Source: an uncultured Acidobacteriota bacterium
Lineage (GTDB): Bacteria > Acidobacteriota > Vicinamibacteria > Vicinamibacterales > UBA8438
Direction of reading: 5' to 3'
DNA length: 64,000 nt
Assembly: GCA_913043225.1 (NCBI GenBank)
Contig: CAJWLU010000010.1
Location: 64,001-128,000 of the forward strand
In this document: piece by piece, positions 18,848 to 27,087 of the stretch
Numbering within the stretch: position 1 is the first letter of the stretch
Layout of the letters: each line of letters begins with the position of its first letter
Notes under the pieces: generated by a model
The model's input: the letters and a program-made list of their open reading frames with translations, nothing else
The model's database searches: none
What the model was told of the DNA's origin: nothing
Position numbers and translations under genes: made by a program

Positions 18848-19132
18848 ATGGCAACCAAGATTCTGATTCCCACCCCGCTGCGCGGTTACACCGGCAACCA
18901 GGAGGAGGTGGAGGCGACCGGCAGCACGGTCGGCGAGCTCCTGGCCAACCTGGCTAGCGAGCACACTGAGCTGCGCAAGCACCTGTACGGCGAGGATGGG
19001 TCGCTCCGGAACTTCGTGAACATCTACGTGAACGACGACGATATCCGGTATCTCGAGAAGGAACAGACCCCAGTGACCGACGATGACACGGTCAGCATCA
19101 TCCCGTCGGTGGCGGGTGGGAGCGGACGGTGA
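18848..19132 (+). CDS. MoaD/ThiS/CysO-family ubiquitin-like sulfur carrier
   Basis: IPTPLR..FVNIYVNDDDIR..IIPSVAGG followed by a 3-residue SGR extension. Confidence 0.93.
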   Translation: MATKILIPTPLRGYTGNQEEVEATGSTVGELLANLASEHTELRKHLYGEDGSLRNFVNIYVNDDDIRYLEKEQTPVTDDDTVSIIPSVAGGSGR

Positions 19133-20283
19133 GCGTCGTACCCCTGACCAACGACGAGGTGGCCCGCTACAGCCGGCACCTCATCATGCCGCAAGTCGGT
19201 ATGGACGGGCAGCTGAAGCTCAAGGGCGCCAAGGTGCTCTGCGTCGGCGCCGGCGGGCTCGGTTCACCGGTGGCGCTCTATCTGGCCGCTGCGGGAGTGG
19301 GCACGCTGGGGATCGTCGACTTCGACGAGGTTGACTTCAGCAACCTTCACCGGCAGATTATCCATGGAACCCCGGACGTCGGTCGACCGAAGCTCGAGTC
19401 CGCACGCTCCCGCCTGCAGGCACTGAATCCGGAGGTGAACGTCGTGCCGCACGAGATGGCGCTCTCCTCCGAGAACGCGCTCCAGCTGTTTGCCGACTAC
19501 GACATGGTGGTCGACGGCACCGACAACTTCCCGACGCGCTATCTGGTCAACGACGCCTGCGTCCTGTCCGGTAAGCCCAATGTCTACGGCAGCATCTCCC
19601 AGTTCGAGGGTCAGGCATCGGTTTTTGGCGTGCCGGACGGTCCCTGCTACCGCTGCATGTTTCCCGAGCCGCCGCCGCCCGGGCTCGTTCCGAGCTGCGC
19701 CGAGGGTGGGGTGCTCGGCATCCTGCCTGGTGTCGTGGGCACGCTGCAGGCAACTGAGGCGATTAAGTTGATCTTGGGTGCCGGGGAGCCACTGGTCGGG
19801 CGCTTCCTGCTGTTCGATGCGCTTAAGATGCGGTTCCGCGAGCTGAAGGTCCGACGTGATTCCGACTGTCCGGTCTGTGGCGATGCGCCTACCGTTACAG
19901 AGCTGATCGACTACCAGCAGTTCTGCGGCATCGTGCCCACACCGCCTCCTGCTCCTGAAGCGGCCGATGGTGAGGTCACGGTGGCCGAGCTCAAGGAGCG
20001 GATCGATCGGGGCGACGACTTCCTGCTGCTCGACGTACGGGAGAACCGGGAGTTCGAGATTTGTCGAATTCCGGGCTCGCGCCTGATCCCGCTCGGGGAG
20101 CTGCCCACCCGTCTGGGTGAGCTCGAAGGTGCCGAGGATCTCGTCGTGCACTGCAAGTCCGGTGTGCGGAGCGGCAAGGCCGTGGCTCTGCTCCGCGAGG
20201 CGGGATACGCCGGTGCGCGGAATTTGGAGGGTGGGATCCTGGCCTGGATTGACCAGATTGATCCCCGTCTGCCTAAGTACTGA
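19129..20283 (+). CDS. moeB: MoeB/MoeZ-type adenylyltransferase with C-terminal rhodanese
   Basis: RYSRH, GAGGLGSP, SNLHRQ, CYRC, PSCAEGG, CPVC; rhodanese CKSGVRS. Confidence 0.95.
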   Translation: MSVVPLTNDEVARYSRHLIMPQVGMDGQLKLKGAKVLCVGAGGLGSPVALYLAAAGVGTLGIVDFDEVDFSNLHRQIIHGTPDVGRPKLESARSRLQALNPEVNVVPHEMALSSENALQLFADYDMVVDGTDNFPTRYLVNDACVLSGKPNVYGSISQFEGQASVFGVPDGPCYRCMFPEPPPPGLVPSCAEGGVLGILPGVVGTLQATEAIKLILGAGEPLVGRFLLFDALKMRFRELKVRRDSDCPVCGDAPTVTELIDYQQFCGIVPTPPPAPEAADGEVTVAELKERIDRGDDFLLLDVRENREFEICRIPGSRLIPLGELPTRLGELEGAEDLVVHCKSGVRSGKAVALLREAGYAGARNLEGGILAWIDQIDPRLPKY

Positions 20284-20328
20284 CGCGGCCGTGGGGGGGC
20301 GCGATACAATGGCGCCACCGGAGTAGCA

Positions 20329-20811
20329 ATGTTACGACTGTCCAAGAAAGCCGAGTACGCGTTGATGGCGCTCAAGGATCTGGCTTCACGGTCGGAGACC
20401 GAGGCTGCCAGCGCTCGCGAGATCGCCAGCCGCTACGGCATTCCCGTGGAGTTAATGGCCAAGGTGCTGCAGCGCCTGGCCCGCCGCAAGCTATTGGTGT
20501 CTCAACACGGCACCCGCGGCGGCTATTTGCTCGGTCGCCCCGCAGCCAAGATCGCGGTGGCCGACGTGATCGAAGCCATCGACGGACCGGTGATGGTAAC
20601 GGCGTGTACGACTTCCGACGACGACTGCGAACAGTACGCAACCTGCAACATCCGCGATCCGCTCTGGCGTATCAAGGATCAGATCGTCCGGGCGCTGACT
20701 TCATACAGCTTGAAGGAACTGGCCGCGGATGAACCGCCGCTGGTGCCGATTGCCATCTCGCCTCGCTCCGCCACCAGTCCAGCCTCCCGGATAGCCGCGT
20801 CGGGTCGTTGA
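20329..20811 (+). CDS. Rrf2-family regulator with three Cys (IscR-like)
   Basis: KKAEYAL, GTRGGYLL, CTTSDDDCEQYATC. Confidence 0.92.
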   Translation: MLRLSKKAEYALMALKDLASRSETEAASAREIASRYGIPVELMAKVLQRLARRKLLVSQHGTRGGYLLGRPAAKIAVADVIEAIDGPVMVTACTTSDDDCEQYATCNIRDPLWRIKDQIVRALTSYSLKELAADEPPLVPIAISPRSATSPASRIAASGR

Positions 20812-21995
20812 CCATCTACATGGACGGGCACGCCACGACGCGGGTCGATCCCCGTGTCATTGAGGCGATGGTCCCGTTCTTCGACGAGCACTTCGGTAAC
20901 GCGTCGAGCCGCCATCATCGGTTTGGCTGGACCGCGAGGGATGCGGTTGCTGCCGCCCGGGCAGACGTGGCCGCGCTCGTCGGCAGCTCGGCCCGCGAGT
21001 TGGTGTTCACGAGCGGCGCTACCGAGTCAAACAACCTCGCCATCAAGGGGGTTGCCGACGCCGAGCGTTCGGCGGGCAACCATGTCGTGACTGTGGAGAC
21101 CGAGCACCGGGCGGTCCTCGATCCGTGCGCGGCTCTCGAACGACAGGGACTACGGGTCACATATCTCCCGGTTCGGGACGACGGGCTCCTCGAGACGGAT
21201 ACGCTGGTCAGTGCTCTGACCCCAGAGACGATCCTGGTCTCGGTCATGGCGGCGAACAACGAGATTGGGGTCCTACACCCGGTGGGCGAGCTAGCCCGGG
21301 TGGCCCGGGCGGGGGGGGCACGGTTTCACACCGACGCGGCGCAGGCCGTGGGCCGGATCCACCTCGACGTTTCGGCTGATCCGATCGACTTGGTGTCCCT
21401 CACCGCCCACAAGCTTCATGGGCCGAAGGGCATCGGCGCGTTGTTCGTCCGAGATGGTCTGGAGCTGACCCCGCTGGTCGAAGGGGGCGGGCACGAGACC
21501 GGGCTCCGGTCCGGCACCCTGAACGTCCCTGCCATCGTCGGGTTCGGAAAGGCCGCGCGCATTGGCCTCGACGGCATGGCCGAGGAGTCGGCTCGACTGG
21601 CGGCGTTGCGGGATCGACTCGCTGACGGACTGCGGGGTGCGCTCGACGGCGTACACGTGAACGGTTCGATGGAGGCGCGACTTCCGCATAATCTGAACGT
21701 GTCCTTCGAAGGGGTCAGTGGAGAGCAGTTGCTCACCGGACTCACAGACGTCGCCGTGTCGTCGGGCGCGGCGTGTACGACGACGTCGGCAGGGTCGTCC
21801 CATGTGCTCCAGGCACTGGGCTTGTCGTCGACCTTGAGCAAGGCCTCACTCCGTTTCGGACTGGGCCGGTTCAACACCGCCGACGAGGTCGACCGCGTGG
21901 TCGAGCTGGTCCGCACCCTAGTCATTCGTCTCCGGGCGCCGATCGAGGTCTTTGATCTCGCCGACGAGCCGCTGCCGCCAGGTTGGTCCGATTGA
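20808..21995 (+). CDS. iscS: Cysteine desulfurase (IscS/NifS group I)
   Basis: IYMDGHATT, FTSGATESNN, NNEIG, HTDAAQ, AHKLHGPKG, SSGAAC. Confidence 0.93.
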   Translation: MTIYMDGHATTRVDPRVIEAMVPFFDEHFGNASSRHHRFGWTARDAVAAARADVAALVGSSARELVFTSGATESNNLAIKGVADAERSAGNHVVTVETEHRAVLDPCAALERQGLRVTYLPVRDDGLLETDTLVSALTPETILVSVMAANNEIGVLHPVGELARVARAGGARFHTDAAQAVGRIHLDVSADPIDLVSLTAHKLHGPKGIGALFVRDGLELTPLVEGGGHETGLRSGTLNVPAIVGFGKAARIGLDGMAEESARLAALRDRLADGLRGALDGVHVNGSMEARLPHNLNVSFEGVSGEQLLTGLTDVAVSSGAACTTTSAGSSHVLQALGLSSTLSKASLRFGLGRFNTADEVDRVVELVRTLVIRLRAPIEVFDLADEPLPPGWSD

Positions 21996-22050
21996 GGTGG
22001 GGTGCCTGGCAGGTGCTGGCCCGCGGTGCGATACACTGGACGTGGACATC

Positions 22051-22377
22051 ATGATTGAGATCACCGAAGCGGCAGCCAAACGGATTCAGAGCGGGATGGA
22101 TCAGGAGGGGATCGCTGACGGCGGTCTGCGCGTGGGCATCAAGGCTGGCGGTTGCAACGGTCTGAGCTACATCTTCAAGTGGGAGCAGGCTCCTGCGGAT
22201 GGGGATCAGGTGTTCGAAGGCCACGGCGGTACCCGCATCTTCGTTGATCCTAAGAGCTTCAAGTATCTCGACGGCACCGTCCTCGACTGCGACCCGAACA
22301 TGCTGGGACAGAACCTCGTGCTGCGAAATCCGAACGCGACGACCGAGTGTGGTTGCGGGCTCTCGTTCGGCGTGTAG
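22051..22377 (+). CDS. iscA: A-type Fe-S carrier (IscA/HesB)
   Basis: GGCNGLSY..NPNATTECGCGLSF. Confidence 0.92.
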   Translation: MIEITEAAAKRIQSGMDQEGIADGGLRVGIKAGGCNGLSYIFKWEQAPADGDQVFEGHGGTRIFVDPKSFKYLDGTVLDCDPNMLGQNLVLRNPNATTECGCGLSFGV

Positions 22378-22451
22378 AGCCGGATTTCGTCCAGGTTTTT
22401 CCTGGCGGCCGCGTGTCGATCGCCCGTGCGATCGGCGTACACCTGTGAGCG

Positions 22452-23927
22452 ATGTCGCGGTTTGAGGCTTCTCGTTACGGCGGGTCGACCCGGCCGCTCG
22501 CTGTGGTGTCGAACCGCGAGCCCTATCTGCATGCGTTCGACGACGAGCGCCGGGTTACCTGGTCGCCCACGACCGGTGGCGTCTCGGTCGCGCTCGATGC
22601 CCTCATGCGTGAGCGTGGCGGCGTGTGGATCGCGCACGGGGCGGGGGATGCCGACCGGGACATAGTCGACGAGGCCGACCGGGTACAGGTGCCACCCGAC
22701 GCCCCGACCTACACCCTCCGCCGCATCTGGCTGACCGAGACGGAAGAGCGCCACTACTACGAGGGGTTCGCGAACGAGGGCCTCTGGCCGCTTTGCCACG
22801 TGGCCCATGTAGAGCCGGTGTTTCGCTCGGCCGACTGGCGTGCATATCAGGAGATCAATCGCCGGTTCGCCGAAGCGGTGGCGGCTGAGCTTCCCGACTC
22901 CGGGACGCCGGTCTTCATACAGGACTACCACCTGACGCTTGTGGCTCGTTATCTGCGCGAGTCACATCCGGAGACGCCGATCGCGCTCTTCTGGCACATT
23001 CCGTTTCCACACCCAGACAAGTTCCGGAGTTGTCCCTATCGGCGCGACATTCTGGAAGGACTGGTAGCCACCGACCTGCTAGCCTTCCAGCTCGAACGGG
23101 ACCGCCGGAACTTTCTTGCCGCGTCTCGCGCTGAGCTCGGAGCTAAAGCGAGCCGCAGCCGCGTGCATCTGAACAATCGGACCACGAGCGTCTGCGCGGT
23201 CCCGATCGGCGTCGACTTCGATCGGATCCGAAGTGTGACCTGTGACCCCGGGCTTGACACCGAAATGACGCGCCTCCGTCGGGAGTTGCGCATCGAGACG
23301 CCGAAGGTGGGCATTGGTGTCGATCGGCTGGACTACACCAAGGGGATCCCGGAGCGGCTGAACGCGCTCGACTGCCTGTTCACGCGTTGGCCAAAGTTGT
23401 GCGACGAGCTCACCTTTGTTCAAATCGCCGTGCCTTCCCGTTCCAAGCTCGAGAGCTACGCCGCCGTGGCGGCCGACATCGACTGCCGGGTGGCCGAGTT
23501 GAACATCAAGCACGGACATAGACCGACCGATGGTCCTATTCGCTATCGAACGTCCGCGCTACGCGTCCGACGTCTCGTAGCGCTCTATCGGCTCGCTGAT
23601 TTCTGCCTGGTGAGCTCGCTGCACGACGGCATGAATCTGGTTGCCAAGGAGTTTGTGGCCGCTCGCGAAGACCTCGGCGGGGTGCTCGTGCTCAGCGAGC
23701 TGGCCGGCGCGGCGCAGGAGCTGCACGACGCCGTGATCATCAATCCCTACGATGTCGAGAGTTTCGCTGACGGGCTCGAGCTCGCGCTGGGGATGAGCGA
23801 GGGCGAGAAGCACCGTCGGATGCGAGCGTTGCGGCGTGTGGTGGCCGGGCGCGATGTGTTCCGGTGGGCCTCCGACATTCTCGAGGGGCTCGAGGCCCCG
23901 ACCTCCTGGCCGCCACGCCAGCGCTAG
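22452..23927 (+). CDS. otsA: Trehalose-6-phosphate synthase
   Basis: [53 protein letters not shown]. Confidence 0.96.
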   Translation: MSRFEASRYGGSTRPLAVVSNREPYLHAFDDERRVTWSPTTGGVSVALDALMRERGGVWIAHGAGDADRDIVDEADRVQVPPDAPTYTLRRIWLTETEERHYYEGFANEGLWPLCHVAHVEPVFRSADWRAYQEINRRFAEAVAAELPDSGTPVFIQDYHLTLVARYLRESHPETPIALFWHIPFPHPDKFRSCPYRRDILEGLVATDLLAFQLERDRRNFLAASRAELGAKASRSRVHLNNRTTSVCAVPIGVDFDRIRSVTCDPGLDTEMTRLRRELRIETPKVGIGVDRLDYTKGIPERLNALDCLFTRWPKLCDELTFVQIAVPSRSKLESYAAVAADIDCRVAELNIKHGHRPTDGPIRYRTSALRVRRLVALYRLADFCLVSSLHDGMNLVAKEFVAAREDLGGVLVLSELAGAAQELHDAVIINPYDVESFADGLELALGMSEGEKHRRMRALRRVVAGRDVFRWASDILEGLEAPTSWPPRQR

Positions 23928-24431
23928 CTAGACGTCGTCGTCTTCGGGCAGGGCGCGTATCTGGGGGGCCCGTTTGACGACAACGGTCAGACCAAAGAGC
24001 GCGATCACGGTCGACGCGCCCAGCCCGAGGTAGGCGCCTGGCGCCATCGAGGGTTCGGAGACGCTCCGTGCCTCATTGCCGGTGACGATCGCGCGCGCCT
24101 GCTCGGTGGCCCAGCTTTGCTGCGCGGCTGCGCGCTCCATCAGCCGCTCTCCGAGGAAGAGCACACCGAAGGCGAACAAGCCGACGAGCAGTAGTGGGTG
24201 CCGGGAGTTCTTCCGGGTCGCGATACTGAGCACGGCCAGCACCAGGGCCAGCATCGCCAGCCCCAGTACCCAGAAGCCGGCCAGGTCCGGTACCCCGCCG
24301 TACTGGTCTGAGCCGACCACGATCCAGGGCATGAAGGCGCTGCTGCCCAGGACCACGCCGCCAAGAATGGGGACGTAGTAGGCGCGCATCGGATGGCCGG
24401 CCACGTGCCGCAGTGGTCCTAACAGGGACAT
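23928..24431 (-). CDS. Four-TM membrane protein
   Basis: Four hydrophobic segments; FMPW motif. Confidence 0.7.
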   Translation of the reverse strand: MSLLGPLRHVAGHPMRAYYVPILGGVVLGSSAFMPWIVVGSDQYGGVPDLAGFWVLGLAMLALVLAVLSIATRKNSRHPLLLVGLFAFGVLFLGERLMERAAAQQSWATEQARAIVTGNEARSVSEPSMAPGAYLGLGASTVIALFGLTVVVKRAPQIRALPEDDDV

Positions 24432-24456
24432 GTCGAGGAGTGTAGCACCAGCGATT

Positions 24457-24864
24457 CTAGCGGGCGCAGGGAGTTGAATCGTCTGGCTGGGGAGAGAGCG
24501 TGGTGCGGCCGGTCGCGAGCTGGGTCAAGCTCCGCAGATAGAGTCGGAAGACGCCTGGGTCCCGACCCGGGTGACCGCAGATCCGGACGCGTTCACCTTC
24601 GCTCAGGACGCCGGCGTTCCATCCCTGTCGTTCGAGCTGCAAGGCGGCGCGCCATTCGACGGCCCAGGTGTGCTCTTCACCGTCGATCTCTCGTACGCGA
24701 AGGTGCACCATCGAGTGCGGATCTCCGAAGAGGAACGACGAGACCTCGCCTTCGAGAATCAGCGTCTGTTCCTCGTCGTAGACCTCGCTCAGAGGGTGGT
24801 GCGCGTAGATCGCGGCCCCCAAGATGGTCCATCCGGCCACGAGTAGGGCGATCCAGCGCGTCAT
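24457..24864 (-). CDS. DUF6152-like secreted protein
   Basis: ATG 24864 with GAGG RBS; signal peptide then AHHPLSEVYD..LEGEV..DPHSMV..WAVEW. Confidence 0.75.
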   Translation of the reverse strand: MTRWIALLVAGWTILGAAIYAHHPLSEVYDEEQTLILEGEVSSFLFGDPHSMVHLRVREIDGEEHTWAVEWRAALQLERQGWNAGVLSEGERVRICGHPGRDPGVFRLYLRSLTQLATGRTTLSPQPDDSTPCAR

Positions 24865-24964
24865 GACTGCTACCTCGACGGGTCTGCTCTCTATGATATG
24901 TCGTCGTCGCAAGGGATCGCCTGAAGATTCCCTGAAAAGGGACGGCGTTCGGTAAGCTGTCCAG

Positions 24965-25690
24965 ATGACCGCGGAGGAACAGCTCAGCGAAAACTTCAAA
25001 CGGGCGGTTCGGCTCCTGGTTGTCGAGGACGAGGAAAAGGTAGCGTCCGCGCTTCGCACGGGTCTCGAGCGGGATGGGTACGAGGTGGTGGTCGAGGGTA
25101 CCGGGGAGGATGCCTGCTTTCGACTCGGCAAGGAGGGGTTCGATGCCGTGGTGCTCGATCTCAATCTGCCCGGTTGGGATGGTCTCGAGGTACTGACGAC
25201 CATGCGGCAGCAGGGGCTCGACGTTCCGGTGTTGGTGCTCACAGCGCGTGACAGCCTCGATGACCGTGTCGTCGGGCTCGATGCCGGTGCCGACGACTAC
25301 CTGGTCAAGCCCTTTGCGTTCGCCGAGCTCCTGGCCCGAATCCGGTCGGTGGCCCGCCGGGGCCGTCCGGCAGAGCCGGAACAGATCACGGTCGAGACGC
25401 TCAGCATCGACCATGCGACCAGGCGGGTCGAGCGGGCGGGACACACCCTCGACCTGACCGCCAAGGAGTTTGATTTGCTGCATTACCTGGCGTTGCATGC
25501 CCGGCAGGTGGTGTCGCGCGACACACTTGCCCGTGAGGTGTGGCGAGAAACCGCTCGCAGCACCACCCTCGACAACGTGATCGACGTGCACATCTCCCGA
25601 CTTCGGAGGAAGATCGACGAAGGTCAGCCCGTGAAGCTCATCCAGACCGTGCGGGGCGTCGGCTTCGTTCTGCGTGAGGACGCCGACTGA
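24965..25690 (+). CDS. OmpR-family response regulator (CusR-like)
   Basis: LVVEDE, LDLNLPG, LTARD, GADDYLVKPF, NVIDVHI..LRRKID, TVRGVG. Confidence 0.96.
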   Translation: MTAEEQLSENFKRAVRLLVVEDEEKVASALRTGLERDGYEVVVEGTGEDACFRLGKEGFDAVVLDLNLPGWDGLEVLTTMRQQGLDVPVLVLTARDSLDDRVVGLDAGADDYLVKPFAFAELLARIRSVARRGRPAEPEQITVETLSIDHATRRVERAGHTLDLTAKEFDLLHYLALHARQVVSRDTLAREVWRETARSTTLDNVIDVHISRLRRKIDEGQPVKLIQTVRGVGFVLREDAD

Positions 25691-27087
25691 TGCGCAGCTG
25701 GTGGCCACACAGTTTGCGGGCGCAGCTCACCGCCTGGCAGGTGTGCGCGATGGTGGTAGTGCTTGGCCTGTATGTCGGGCTGGTGCTGTGGCTGGTTACC
25801 AGGAACCTGTCGGGAACGATCGATTCCCGCCTTCGCAGCGATTTCAGATGGGCCGCCGAGATGGCGCAGCAAGGGCCCGACGGATCCCTGTCTTGGTTCG
25901 AGGGTGATCCGTGGGGCACTGACAGTCCCTGGCTGCAGGTCTTTTCCGGCGACGGCGAGTTGATCTACCGCACGGCGATGGCGCAGCGGTTGCCGGTTTC
26001 CGACAGCGAGCAGCTGAGCCGCAGTGCGGTGGGACGTATCGTGGCGGTCCCCTCCGACCCGGCGCCATTCCGGCTCTTGACGGATCGAGCCACCGTGGGT
26101 GGTCGTCCGGTCGTGCTCCAAGTGGGGCGGTCGGAGGCGACCATGCGCCTCGAGGTGCGCGAGATGGCGCTGCTGCTCGGGCTGGGATTACCGCTGGCTG
26201 TCGCGCTGGCCGGCGGTGTCGGCTATGTGGTGGCGCGGCGCGCACTGGCTCCGGTGGCTCGGATGGGGGAGCGCGCTCGCGATATCACCGCATCACGTCT
26301 CGACGAGCGGTTGCCCATCGATACACCCAAGGACGAGCTTGGTCGCATGGCGGCGGTGTTCAACGACACGCTGGGGCGGCTCGAGTCTTCTTTTCTCCAG
26401 ATGCGCCGCTTTACCGGGAACGTCTCCCATGAGCTCCGGACCCCGTTGACAGCCATTCGCAGCGTAGGCGAGGTCGGCCTGCGAGGTCCCAGTGATGCGG
26501 CGGCATATCGCGAAGTGATCGAGAGCATGCTGGAGGAGACCGATCGGCTTACCCGACTGGTCAACCAGCTGCTCGCCGTGGCTCGCGCCGATGGTGGCGA
26601 CGTTACACCCGGAATGACCAAGGTGAACCTGGGGTCGCTCGCCGAGGACGTGGCCACTGATCTTGGCGTGCTCGCCGAAGAGAAAGGTCAGACACTCGAC
26701 GTGGACGTGAACGCGTCACCGCCGTGCCTTGCCGACCACATCACCACACGTCAGGCCGTGATCAACCTCGTCGACAACGCTATCCGCTACACCCCCGAAG
26801 GAGGCCGGATTCTTCTGCGAGTCTACGAGACGAGGTCCAACGTGTGCCTGGAGGTGACCGATACCGGTCCCGGGATCCCAGAGCGAGACCGGGCCCGGTT
26901 GTTCGAGCGTCTCTTCCGGAGCCGCGAGAACGCAGCCGACCCCGGTGGCAGCGGTCTGGGGCTGTCCATCGCCAAGTGGGCCGTCGAGGCGAACCACGGC
27001 GAACTCACCTACCAGCCCGTGGCGGCCGGCGGCAGCTGTTTCCGGATCCAGCTGCCCCGCCAGGACATCCTCAGCGGCTCAGGGTGA
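25690..27087 (+). CDS. Sensor histidine kinase with HAMP domain (heavy-metal-sensor-like)
   Basis: Two TMs, HAMP, SHELRTPL, NLVDNAIRY, DTGPG, GSGLGLSI. Confidence 0.95.
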   Translation: MRSWWPHSLRAQLTAWQVCAMVVVLGLYVGLVLWLVTRNLSGTIDSRLRSDFRWAAEMAQQGPDGSLSWFEGDPWGTDSPWLQVFSGDGELIYRTAMAQRLPVSDSEQLSRSAVGRIVAVPSDPAPFRLLTDRATVGGRPVVLQVGRSEATMRLEVREMALLLGLGLPLAVALAGGVGYVVARRALAPVARMGERARDITASRLDERLPIDTPKDELGRMAAVFNDTLGRLESSFLQMRRFTGNVSHELRTPLTAIRSVGEVGLRGPSDAAAYREVIESMLEETDRLTRLVNQLLAVARADGGDVTPGMTKVNLGSLAEDVATDLGVLAEEKGQTLDVDVNASPPCLADHITTRQAVINLVDNAIRYTPEGGRILLRVYETRSNVCLEVTDTGPGIPERDRARLFERLFRSRENAADPGGSGLGLSIAKWAVEANHGELTYQPVAAGGSCFRIQLPRQDILSGSG

